From assembly GCA_963548925.1 (NCBI GenBank), contig CAUUWI010000001.1, forward strand, positions 1-55,639: a stretch of DNA of 55,639 bases, read 5' to 3'. Below the pieces are notes generated by a model that was not told the origin of the DNA, ran no database searches, and saw nothing but the letters and a program-made list of their open reading frames with translations. The position numbers were made by a program, and so were the translations under genes. Origin of the DNA: an uncultured Leptotrichia sp. (GTDB lineage Bacteria; Fusobacteriota; Fusobacteriia; Fusobacteriales; Leptotrichiaceae). The stretch's first letter is position 1; each line of letters begins with the position of its first letter. Positions 30,256 to 40,483 of this stretch are shown piece by piece.

Positions 30256-30687
30256 CTATTTCTTAAATACAAATAATTTAGAAAAGATATAATTCAAGAC
30301 AATCACAACAATATTAGATATAATTTTAATTCCAAGACTAAACATCCCTTGCTGTGAATAAGAAATATATTTTACTACAAAAAAGTCTACTCCAACTACA
30401 ACAAAAATTTGATCTATAATAGCTGTTACTCCTCTTGCCAATATAAATTGAATAAATTCTTTTATTATTGATTTCCCCTTATTTTTACTTTCAAAAACCC
30501 ATATTCTATTAGTAAAATATTGGAATAATATACAAATAATAGTGTCTAATATGTTGCCTACTCCTGTTGGTAATTTCCATATATTTACAAATAAATAAAA
30601 TAACAATATATTTAAAATTGTTGCAAGTACTCCAAAAAATAAATATAAAAACGTTTCTTTATTTGCTAATTTTTTTATTAAACTCAT
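30256..30687 (-). CDS. GtrA family flippase
   Basis: YLFFGVLAT, TNRIWVF and NYIFSKLFVF; four TM segments. Confidence 0.88.
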   Translation of the reverse strand: MSLIKKLANKETFLYLFFGVLATILNILLFYLFVNIWKLPTGVGNILDTIICILFQYFTNRIWVFESKNKGKSIIKEFIQFILARGVTAIIDQIFVVVGVDFFVVKYISYSQQGMFSLGIKIISNIVVIVLNYIFSKLFVFKK

Positions 30688-30698
30688 ATTTCACCAAC

Positions 30699-31607
30699 TT
30701 ATTTTTTATTAACTGATCTATAAATATAATCTTTTGAATTTAAAGAATTTTGTAAAATATGATGCAAATATCTTATTATAATGCTTAAAATTAAAAAAAT
30801 TCCAAAAAATCCTAGACTTAAAACTATAAATAAAGAAGCCCAACCTTCAACAGTTTCCTTCACAATTCTTGTAACTAAACTATAAATTACTCCCATGCCA
30901 AATAATGCAAAAAAAACAAAAGCCAATCTTTGAGTAAATAACATAATAGCATCTGTATAATAAATTAAAGTGTCAAACATTAACATTAAATTCTCAGAAA
31001 ATCCTCTATTATTTTTATAATTCATATCTACTACTATAGAAGAAGTTTTTAATCCAGAGAGAACATATGCAACATTTCTATTTATAATTCTCTTTCCTAC
31101 TTCTACTACTTTATTTTGTCCTCTTCTTGAAGATAAAGTCATAACAGATGAACTAATATCTTCATTAAATGAATTTTTAAAGTATTTATTTAAAATACTA
31201 TAAAATATTTTAGAAGATTTTCTTAATTTTTTTGGTGTTAAAAATACAAAATCGTATCCTTCTTGACTCTTTTTATACATTTCTATTATTTTATTATAAT
31301 CTATATCAAATGAAATATCTTCTATTTCGATAATATAATCACCTATTGCTATTGCTGTTCCAGCATTTAATGCTTGCTGGGTTCTATGTTTTATTGGCAA
31401 TTTTATTTCTGTATGTTTAAAGTCTAAAGAATTTAGTGATTTTAAAGAACTATTTTTAGAAGTATTATCTACTATTACAATCTCACTGTTTTTAAAATTA
31501 TTTTTTAATATCTCATTTATATTTTGAATCTTAGTAATAATCTCTTTATTTTCTTCATTTATGACTAAAACAACTGATATATAATTCTGTTCTAAATTTT
31601 TTATCAT
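30699..31607 (-). CDS. atypical GT2 (GtrB-like) polyprenyl-phosphate glycosyltransferase
   Basis: YISVV, SEIVIVDN, AGTAIAIGDY; two C-terminal TM segments with VEGWAS; degenerate DXD. Confidence 0.7.
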   Translation of the reverse strand: MIKNLEQNYISVVLVINEENKEIITKIQNINEILKNNFKNSEIVIVDNTSKNSSLKSLNSLDFKHTEIKLPIKHRTQQALNAGTAIAIGDYIIEIEDISFDIDYNKIIEMYKKSQEGYDFVFLTPKKLRKSSKIFYSILNKYFKNSFNEDISSSVMTLSSRRGQNKVVEVGKRIINRNVAYVLSGLKTSSIVVDMNYKNNRGFSENLMLMFDTLIYYTDAIMLFTQRLAFVFFALFGMGVIYSLVTRIVKETVEGWASLFIVLSLGFFGIFLILSIIIRYLHHILQNSLNSKDYIYRSVNKK

Positions 31608-31621
31608 TTTTTTCCTCCATA

Positions 31622-32740
31622 TTATAAAATTTCATCTAAATCGTACATCGTATTTATTTTTCCAGAAAATATCGTATAAAAATCTGGATTTTGAGAATAT
31701 TGTTTTATAATTGTCGGCCTTGAATCATCTATCTCAGAAGCAACTAAAATAGGTTTTATAGTAAATAATGATTTAACATACTTTATTTCTATATCTTCAT
31801 TTAGATATTTTTTTGCAATTTGAACCATTTCTTCAAATGCTGTTTCTGGAAAAATTCCGCAATGAATACAACCTTTTGAATGTTCAGGATGTTTTTGCTT
31901 TTCTACATCTCCACAACAATCGTATGGTGGTAAATTTTCATAATTTGTAAAATGTGGTGTTCTTGAAACAGTTGTTATAGAATGATAACCTGTTAAACCA
32001 AATGGCATCAATGAGAAAAAAGGTCCATCCATAACTGTCAATCCAACATTTTTAATATTATCTGAAACTTCACACAAAATTACTTCACAAAATTCATATT
32101 TTATTGGTAAATATTCAAATCCTAATAAATCATGGATTATATTGATTCCCGCATAGGTTGCATTTAAAACAAACGGTGCCGAATATGTTTCTCCATTCGA
32201 AGTTTTAAACACATATTCTTTCTCTTCTTTTTTTATTTTTACTATCTTCGTTTCAAATTTAAAATTACATCCTGATCTTACTAATTCTTTATACAGCATT
32301 TTCCCAATTATCTTAGCATCAAATGAATATTCCTGTGTCAAGAATGCCTTATCAATAGTGTTTTCATTAAAGAATTTACCTTTAGGAATTTCATCACATC
32401 TTACATTTAAATTATCACAAAATTTCTGAAATTGTTCTCCATTTGCCCAACTATAGTCAGATGCTACTGCATAAACTTTTTCAAATTTATCATTGATACC
32501 TTCTTTAAAGTCATTATAAAATCTATTGAAATATTTAGCTGATTTTGATGCTGTAGAAAAAGACCTTGGGTAGTGATAACCATTATGTAACCTAGCTTGA
32601 TTTATATAAGAACCTCTATTGAATGGCTCTTTTTCTACTTCTATTATCAATATTTTTTCATTAGGATTTTTTTCTAAACTTCGTTTTGCAGCATACATAC
32701 CATATATTCCTGCTCCTATTATAATTTTGTTATATTTCAT
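31622..32740 (-). CDS. FAD-dependent oxidoreductase (DAO-like)
   Basis: IIGAGIYG, SYINQARLHNGYHYPRS, TVMDGPFFS and SGKI; ATG 32740 follows an AAGG RBS. Confidence 0.85.
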   Translation of the reverse strand: MKYNKIIIGAGIYGMYAAKRSLEKNPNEKILIIEVEKEPFNRGSYINQARLHNGYHYPRSFSTASKSAKYFNRFYNDFKEGINDKFEKVYAVASDYSWANGEQFQKFCDNLNVRCDEIPKGKFFNENTIDKAFLTQEYSFDAKIIGKMLYKELVRSGCNFKFETKIVKIKKEEKEYVFKTSNGETYSAPFVLNATYAGINIIHDLLGFEYLPIKYEFCEVILCEVSDNIKNVGLTVMDGPFFSLMPFGLTGYHSITTVSRTPHFTNYENLPPYDCCGDVEKQKHPEHSKGCIHCGIFPETAFEEMVQIAKKYLNEDIEIKYVKSLFTIKPILVASEIDDSRPTIIKQYSQNPDFYTIFSGKINTMYDLDEIL

Positions 32741-32763
32741 ATGATAACCTTTCCTTTCAATTA

Positions 32764-34758
32764 TCAATTTAATTTGTATAATTTGATGTCTTTTACTACA
32801 AATTTTATTTTACTATTATTTGTTAAAGTAAATTCCATTTTAGGAGTTTCACTACTTAATTCAAATTCTATATCCGTTTTTTCTTGATTACTTGAAATTT
32901 TCTTCAAACTATTTATTTTTTCATTAACAGTAGATGTTATTTCAAACATACCTGTTGAGTTTTTTGGAAAATCCACCAAAAATTCTACTTTGTATTTTCC
33001 TGCAGTTAATGTAACATAAGGTCCGTATAAAACACTATTTTCTTTCATTTCGACATTCCCATTATTTACAACTGCACCATTAAGAGTATATTGCATTGCT
33101 AAAAAACTATTCCACTCTTTCCATCTATTAGTACTTTCATCATAAGAACAAACATTTTCTAATTTATAATCGTTTATCCAACTATAAATCGTTTTAAAGT
33201 AATTTGCATTTAAAGGATTGTATATTCCAAACCATTTATCAGGAAATTGGCTTGAATTACCATTAATTGTTTTTATTTTAAAATGATTGGCTATTTCAAA
33301 AGCATTATTTTGATAAATATATTCAGGTTTTTCTTTTCTTTCACTATTTACAATATAAAATACTTTACATTCTTTTGGTGGATTTTTAATTTTTGATAAA
33401 TACTTTTTTTCTGTTATTCGGTTCCAGGTTGAATTAACACCATTTATTCTTATATTTGAAATCCATAATGAAATAAATAATAAAATAAATAAATGTTTCT
33501 TTTTCTGTTTATTTTTTATATTTGAAAATATATAATTTCCCATTATTGAAGTTGCGATAGCCATAGGAAACGTTAGATATAAAAAATATCTTATTGGAGC
33601 TCTAACAGAAGATGCACCAGGAAAAAATTTATAAATTAAATACCATAAGGATACACCATTTGATGAAATTTTTATTGTAATTAATACACTTACTATAATT
33701 GCTAATACAAAAGAAAATAGTATCGAAGAATTTTTTATTAAAATTTTTTTCTTACAAATATAAAAAACATAAATAAAAAACAATACAAATACCGTTATTA
33801 AAATAATAGAAAATCCCATATCTTGTTCAAGCAATGATCTTTCTGATAATTTCATTCTCATTATTATATTTCCCAATAATAAGTTATCTTCACCTACATT
33901 TATTAAATCAACAACTTCAGGCATAAAAAGTACAGGATTTTTATAAGGATATCCTCCACTTTTTTTCAATAATGGTAAATATAAATTTATAAAAGGAAGA
34001 ATTAAAATCACTGTATAAATCATATAAAATAAAATATCTTTCCATATTTTACATAAAGTTTCTTTTATATATATATAGCTTTCTTTATTTTTTTCTATAA
34101 TTAATTTAAAAATAATTATTCCTAAAAAAGTTAAAATAAATAATGTCGTAAAAAATGCAATATACCAAGCTGTATATAATATTAATATGTACCAACTAAT
34201 TATAAAAAAACCATATAATCTTCTTTTTTTGTTATTATTAAAAAATATAATAAAATTCATTACAAATATTGTAAAAAGTGGTAACATACTACAAACCATT
34301 AATTGAGTATGTCCTACATGTTTAGCATATGTAGAAGAAAAAGAAAATGCAACTGTACCAAACAGGGACCATTCTTTACTCAATTTAAACTTTTTATCTA
34401 ATAAAATAAACATTGATATTGTTCCGATTACATGTACTAAAATTAAAGTATATTTATAAGCATTAAACATATCCATTCCTAGTATTCTAAAAAAACTATG
34501 AATTAGACCAAAAAATAAAAACATATCTGAATATGCTAAAACATTTTTAACAGGATAAAACATAGAAAGTTCTCCAAATTTTTCATATCCCTTAAAAAAA
34601 TTATACCAATGTTCTACTATTATTGTTGTTAATTTTCCATCTCCATTATTTCCAAATAGATTATTTGAAAAAAGAATATTTCTGAAAAAAAATATTTCAG
34701 ATAATATTAAACATATAACAATAAACAAACCGCAATGCAAACAATTTTTTTTATTCAT
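32764..34758 (-). CDS. multipass membrane protein, probable GT-C glycosyltransferase with C-terminal YGPY domain
   Basis: GDG..EHW, FYP...LAYSD, H.QL, SVRAPIR and TINGNSSQFP; many TM segments. Confidence 0.65.
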   Translation of the reverse strand: MNKKNCLHCGLFIVICLILSEIFFFRNILFSNNLFGNNGDGKLTTIIVEHWYNFFKGYEKFGELSMFYPVKNVLAYSDMFLFFGLIHSFFRILGMDMFNAYKYTLILVHVIGTISMFILLDKKFKLSKEWSLFGTVAFSFSSTYAKHVGHTQLMVCSMLPLFTIFVMNFIIFFNNNKKRRLYGFFIISWYILILYTAWYIAFFTTLFILTFLGIIIFKLIIEKNKESYIYIKETLCKIWKDILFYMIYTVILILPFINLYLPLLKKSGGYPYKNPVLFMPEVVDLINVGEDNLLLGNIIMRMKLSERSLLEQDMGFSIILITVFVLFFIYVFYICKKKILIKNSSILFSFVLAIIVSVLITIKISSNGVSLWYLIYKFFPGASSVRAPIRYFLYLTFPMAIATSIMGNYIFSNIKNKQKKKHLFILLFISLWISNIRINGVNSTWNRITEKKYLSKIKNPPKECKVFYIVNSERKEKPEYIYQNNAFEIANHFKIKTINGNSSQFPDKWFGIYNPLNANYFKTIYSWINDYKLENVCSYDESTNRWKEWNSFLAMQYTLNGAVVNNGNVEMKENSVLYGPYVTLTAGKYKVEFLVDFPKNSTGMFEITSTVNEKINSLKKISSNQEKTDIEFELSSETPKMEFTLTNNSKIKFVVKDIKLYKLN

Positions 34759-34774
34759 TAGTAATCTCCTTATG

Positions 34775-36606
34775 TTAATTTTGATTTAAAATATTTTCTG
34801 GAAATAATTTTAAATCTTTTACTATAATATTTTTATTACTCTTATTGTAAATTGCAAATTCTATTTTTTAGTTTTATTTTTCAAATTAAACTCTATTGTA
34901 GTAGTATCTTTATTACTTTTAATTCTTTTTATTTCTCCATTTTCTGAATTTATAATAAATTCTCCTTCTGAGTCTTTTTGAAATTTACAGATAAAATCTA
35001 TTCTATAATATCCTTTTGGCAAGGTTATGTAAGGTCCATATAAATATTCATTAGAAGGAATATTTAAAGTCCCGTTTTCGTAAATTACTCCTTTACTGTA
35101 TGATTGTAAATCTATTAAGTTATTTACCAATTGCGGCATATGCCGAGTATTTTTTAATTTAATTAAAGTAAAATTTTTAAGAGTAATATTATTGATATAT
35201 TCGATGTCTTCATCCTTAAATTTTTTTCCTAATTTATTAGGAAAAATGACATAATTAATCGTTTTTAAATCATTATATTTTTTCTCATTAATCATAGAAG
35301 TCAATTTTATTTTTTCTAAATCTATTCCGTTATCTTTTTGTATACTATAATAAGTATTTGAGTTCATGGTATACAAATTTTTATTATATACATATGTATT
35401 CTTTGATTTTCATTGAACTCTTTGTTTAAAAATAAAAAATTCTTATCTTCATTTTCTTTTATATAATTATCTATTTTCAAAACTTCTTGGACTCTTTCTA
35501 ATTCCACTCTATTTTTTTTGTTGCTTTTTATACTCATACAACTACTCATTATTTCTAGAATTAGAAATATCAAAAAATACAAACTATTTAATCTTATTTT
35601 ATACTTAGTTTGGATAAATATAAATAAAACTACTAGAAGTACTAACAATATTTTTATAGAATCTAAGTTCTTACTAATTATTAGTAACCAATTTAAAACA
35701 GTATGGTCTAAGCCACTGTCATTTCGTGGAAATTTCAAAAAAATTATACTAATCGTACAGAATACAAACAGTATTACATTATATCGAATCGTATTTTTTC
35801 TTTTATCTAAAATACTAAAAAATAACATAATTGTTGGAATATACAAATATCCAAAATATCTTAAATGTGTTCTAGGTACCTCATCACCAAAATTTTCAGT
35901 ATACGACCAAGTATAGGATATTACAAATATACTTATGAAAATTAATGAAAATAACTGGATAAATAATTTTTTTGTATTTTTTTTTACTTTTATTTATAAA
36001 AAAGTAATCAAAAATCAAACTTATAAACAATGATATTATAAATATTATTCCTATTTCTTTTATCATATATAGAAAATATGTAAATATTCCTATAAAAATT
36101 GCTATTCCATATTTAAACCTGTAATCTTTAATTAATAATTTATAATACAATAAAACTCCCCATAAAGATAATGGCAAATACAAATTTTCACTCATAAATG
36201 TTTGAGAGAAATTAAGGTCAGGAAAGAAAATGTATAAAATTATACATAACATTATATAATAATTATTTTTTAATATAATTTTTCCTAATTTATATAATGG
36301 GAAAACTCCAGAACAGACTAAAACAGAATTTAATAACGAAAAAAACATTATTCTATCTAACTTTGAAGGAATCCAAAAAATTGGAGCTAACAACAAGTCA
36401 TATAAAATTTTTTGATCATTATACATATTATTATAAACTGTTATGCCTTTTCCAAATGCTAAACTTTGAGCAATCCCAAAATATCTTAATTCATCTCCAT
36501 AAACAAATATCGTTTTTAGATAATTCCCTATACTGAAATAAAATAAAACTCCAAATAAAAATAGAATTAATGTTACTATTTTACATTTTTTATCACTTAT
36601 TCTCAT
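34775..36606 (-). pseudogene. GT-C-like membrane protein broken by three frameshifts (ORFs 35896-36606, 35364-35846 and 34861-35376 plus a tail)
   Basis: Fragments join across frames; YGDELRY first-loop motif, MSENLY and YGPY domain; true stop at 34775 just before the next RBS. Confidence 0.8.
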
Positions 36607-37492
36607 AAATTTTTCCTTTAATACTATTTAATACTTTGCTAATTGTATATATCATTTGATAATTTCCTTTTTTATTTTTTATATGATTTTTAAAATCTTC
36701 TAGTACTCTCTCTATATTATTCATTTCATCATATTTTTTACTAATTAAAATTTCTTTATCATATCCATTTCCTGATATGCTATACTTTTCAATATAAACC
36801 GTATTTTCTCCCAGCATATCAAAAATAATTATTCCTTCTTCACATATAAATTTTATTTTTCTCTCTTTGACTTCATTTAACAAACTGCAATTAATTATTC
36901 CTTTAATATTATTCAACATTTCAAATTCTATTAAAGCAATTTCCGTTAAATTATTTTTATTTTTTTTCTCAAATAAAATATTTTTTATCGCTATTTCAGC
37001 ATCTAGTATATAACTTAAAGCAGAAAACATATGTACACCTATTACTTCAAAAACATCATCATTTTGATAAAAATTTCCAAATTGTTTTATTGAAGCTTCA
37101 CAATATAAAACTTTTCCAACTAAATTTATATTTTCTTTTATAAAATTAATACTTGGTGATACTGTGTAAATATAATCAGTATATAAGCAAACTTCTTTTT
37201 TTTCTGATAAATTTACCAATTCTTTTGTTTCATTAAAATCTTTGCATAACGGCTTTTCACAAAATACATGCTTATTATGTTCCAATAACTTTTTTACTGT
37301 TGAATAATGAGTATCTACTGGACTACACACAAATGCACATTCTATATCTTTACTTCTTAATATATCTTCTAAATTCAAACTGTTCTCTAATGCTGGATCA
37401 CACACTCCTACGAGTTCAAAATAATTATTTCCTTCAATATATCGCTTTATTATTTTCCCCCAATATCCGTATCCAATCAATACACTTTTCAT
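36593..37492 (-). CDS. Gfo/Idh/MocA family NAD-dependent oxidoreductase
   Basis: IGYGYWG, SPVDTHY and HVFCEKPL. Confidence 0.88.
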   Translation of the reverse strand: MKSVLIGYGYWGKIIKRYIEGNNYFELVGVCDPALENSLNLEDILRSKDIECAFVCSPVDTHYSTVKKLLEHNKHVFCEKPLCKDFNETKELVNLSEKKEVCLYTDYIYTVSPSINFIKENINLVGKVLYCEASIKQFGNFYQNDDVFEVIGVHMFSALSYILDAEIAIKNILFEKKNKNNLTEIALIEFEMLNNIKGIINCSLLNEVKERKIKFICEEGIIIFDMLGENTVYIEKYSISGNGYDKEILISKKYDEMNNIERVLEDFKNHIKNKKGNYQMIYTISKVLNSIKGKIYENK

Positions 37493-37496
37493 AAAG

Positions 37497-38318
37497 TTAT
37501 TCTCCTTTTGGATTATATTTCTTTTTAAATAAGTTCCATAAAATTTTAATTAAATCTATATTACCTTTTATTGGACTTATTTTAGTAGGAACTTTCCCTG
37601 TAGATGGATATTGTCGTAAAACAGGCACTTCTTTTACTTTATATCCTAATTGTGGTACAATTACAGTCAAATAATGAACTAAAGCATAAGTTGGAAAACT
37701 ACCATATCTAAAAGGTTGTATTTTTTTATCTTTAAATACTTTTATACTATGAGCTCTAAATCCATTTGTTGTATCAGTATATTTAAATCCTGAAAGCATA
37801 TTGACAATAGGTACATGAATTAGCTTAATTGCAAATTCACGAGATTTAGGAGTATTGATAGCAACTCCTCCTTTTACATATCTTGAACCTTGTATTAAAT
37901 CGTAGCTTTCATCCAATGCTTTAACAAATTCAAAAATCCCTTCTATTCCATCTTTTCCATTTCCATCTATAGTTATTGTCCCTTCGTAACCATTAATTAA
38001 AGCATAATAATATCCTAGCATCAATTGATCACTCATATGACCTTTTGATTTTCTAATGATAAGTGCTGAAACATCATAACTTTCTAACATTTCTAAATCA
38101 GAACTGCCGTCTGTACTTCCACCATCACACATAATTATATCTGCAACTGATTGAATATTTTTTTCTTTCATCTCTTTCAATTGTTTTTTAAATCTTTCTC
38201 CTTCATTTAATACAGGTATACATATTAAATATTTATTTTTTTTCTCAGATATTTTATATAATTCATATTCTGGTAAAATTATACTTGAATCTTCTATTTT
38301 CATAATTTCCTTTTTCAA
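37497..38318 (-). CDS. GT2 polyprenyl-phosphate glycosyltransferase (DPM1-like)
   Basis: IPVLNEG, DGGSTDGS, IDGNGKD, QGSRY and TDTTNGFRA. Confidence 0.85.
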   Translation of the reverse strand: MKKEIMKIEDSSIILPEYELYKISEKKNKYLICIPVLNEGERFKKQLKEMKEKNIQSVADIIMCDGGSTDGSSDLEMLESYDVSALIIRKSKGHMSDQLMLGYYYALINGYEGTITIDGNGKDGIEGIFEFVKALDESYDLIQGSRYVKGGVAINTPKSREFAIKLIHVPIVNMLSGFKYTDTTNGFRAHSIKVFKDKKIQPFRYGSFPTYALVHYLTVIVPQLGYKVKEVPVLRQYPSTGKVPTKISPIKGNIDLIKILWNLFKKKYNPKGE

Positions 38319-38337
38319 TTTTTTTCCTCCTAATTTA

Positions 38338-40467
38338 TTAAATATCTATTTTTATTAAGTTTAATTTTATATCTTTTCCTGAATTATTTATTATAACTAC
38401 TTCAAAATCTTTCATAAATGAATCTAAAGTAAATTCAACTACATATAGATTTTCACTTTTTGATATTATTAAATAACTTATAAGATTCGATTTTTCTTCA
38501 TTATTTTTTTTAGCATATAAATTCAATAATATTTTTTCACTATCAAAATTCTCTCCAGAAATAGTCAACTTATATTTATTTGGTCTTAATTCTATATATG
38601 GTCCATATAATATTGAATTATTTGAAATTATATTGTTATTATTTAATAATGTTTGACCACTAATAAACATCTTTTCATTAGAAATAATATAGTTATCAAA
38701 TTTTTCACTTTTTATCTTTTTAGATTCTAAAATTTTATTTAAATTTTTTCCTTTATAATATAAATTATATTCATCAATATCATTACTAGATGTATTAATT
38801 TTATAAGTATCATTACTCAACATTAATGTTTCTTTATAATTAGAAACAAAATCTATCTGTTCTTTTGAATTAATAATATTCTCTTTTGTTTTAGATTCAT
38901 CATAAACAACATTATAATTATTTAATAACATTAAATAATTTAAAGGATGTCTACCTTTTTCATTAATAAAATTTAGTTCATATCTGCCATCTGAATTTTT
39001 TCTTATTAATTCTAATATTTCAAATTTATTCTTTAAAATAGAAAAGACTTCTTTTGATGAATTGAGCCTTAAATATCCCAAATTTATATTTAAAATTATA
39101 TATATTAAAATCATAAACTTTATTCCTAATATTAACTCTGTTTTCAAAGTAAATAAAATATATATTGATAAACTCACTATAATTAAAATTACAATTTGAA
39201 ATTTTTCAGGTGTTTCAAATACATAACCTTTTGTAAATGCCATTAAAGTTGCAACATTCATGGTAACAGGCTCTACTGTTTTATTATTTTCTATAAAAAA
39301 GATAGCAATAGTATAAATTAACATAAAGCCTATCGCTTTTATAATTTTTTTGGAATCTATGTTGTATTTTTTTTGGTATATTAGAATAAATAAAATTGCA
39401 AATGGAACTAGGTGATCTGTATATCTTCCATAAATATAATAATTATATTTTATTAAATGTTCTATAAAAAATAGAACTGAAATAATCGTAGAAAAAAACA
39501 TACCTAATATCGTAAATAAGCCTAATATTTCAAAATTTATTTTTTCTTTTTGACTATTTTTCAAAAGTTTTAACAAAATTATTATTAATAAAAATAATAA
39601 TCCAAAAGTCATAATTTCTAGGTAATATGTATACGAAAAAACTGCTCTCATCATAGCAAAAACTGATTTTTTATTAGGAAATTTTACCAGTTTATTTATG
39701 ACATCGGAAAATGTATTTCTTAACACTTCTCCTTTAAAAATAACCCTATTTATTATTTTTTTTACAATTATATCTGTTAGAAACATTGGAAAAAAACCAA
39801 TTAGAGTAAAAATTATTTTAAAAATTTTTATTTTATATTTTATATATATAAACATATACATAATACATATAGTTGGAATCATTGCTAACATTCTTCCATG
39901 TATTGAATATCCATATGCCAAGAAAAATCCTAGTAATACACTATTTTTTTTAATATTATTATCACCATTTTTTATCAAAGATAATAAAAGAAATAGTATA
40001 ATCCAAACAATTACTCTAACCCAAATTTCATTCCAAGAATACAGAGCCATTGAAAAATTACCTGGATATAAGCCAATTAAAATTGATATTGTAATTAATA
40101 GCTTCTTATTTTTTAAATCAAAAAAATTTTTTAATACATTGAAAACTATACAAGGAATAATAGATAAAATTAAAGAATTTAACAATAATATTCCCCTATA
40201 TAATGTTATTGGATTTTTTATTAACATAAAAAGTAAAGAATAAATTATTGAACCACCCCAGCCATAATAAGCAGTATTTATATCCCATTTATTTCCTGAA
40301 ATCCAAGCTGGGATTGCTAAAGTATTGATTTCATCTGGTGTTATGACAGGAGTTTTTATTTTTGTTATCAAAAAAAAGTTAAAAATTACAAAAAGAAAGA
40401 TTAGTACAAAATAATCATTTCTATTTTCTATCTTATTCTTCCAACTTAAAAATTTAAATTTATACAT
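38338..40467 (-). CDS. multipass membrane protein, probable GT-C glycosyltransferase with C-terminal YGPY domain
   Basis: TPDE first-loop acidic motif, YYGWG, WNE, HGR and YGRY; many TM segments. Confidence 0.65.
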   Translation of the reverse strand: MYKFKFLSWKNKIENRNDYFVLIFLFVIFNFFLITKIKTPVITPDEINTLAIPAWISGNKWDINTAYYGWGGSIIYSLLFMLIKNPITLYRGILLLNSLILSIIPCIVFNVLKNFFDLKNKKLLITISILIGLYPGNFSMALYSWNEIWVRVIVWIILFLLLSLIKNGDNNIKKNSVLLGFFLAYGYSIHGRMLAMIPTICIMYMFIYIKYKIKIFKIIFTLIGFFPMFLTDIIVKKIINRVIFKGEVLRNTFSDVINKLVKFPNKKSVFAMMRAVFSYTYYLEIMTFGLLFLLIIILLKLLKNSQKEKINFEILGLFTILGMFFSTIISVLFFIEHLIKYNYYIYGRYTDHLVPFAILFILIYQKKYNIDSKKIIKAIGFMLIYTIAIFFIENNKTVEPVTMNVATLMAFTKGYVFETPEKFQIVILIIVSLSIYILFTLKTELILGIKFMILIYIILNINLGYLRLNSSKEVFSILKNKFEILELIRKNSDGRYELNFINEKGRHPLNYLMLLNNYNVVYDESKTKENIINSKEQIDFVSNYKETLMLSNDTYKINTSSNDIDEYNLYYKGKNLNKILESKKIKSEKFDNYIISNEKMFISGQTLLNNNNIISNNSILYGPYIELRPNKYKLTISGENFDSEKILLNLYAKKNNEEKSNLISYLIISKSENLYVVEFTLDSFMKDFEVVIINNSGKDIKLNLIKIDI

Positions 40468-40483
40468 ATTAATACTTTTCCTT

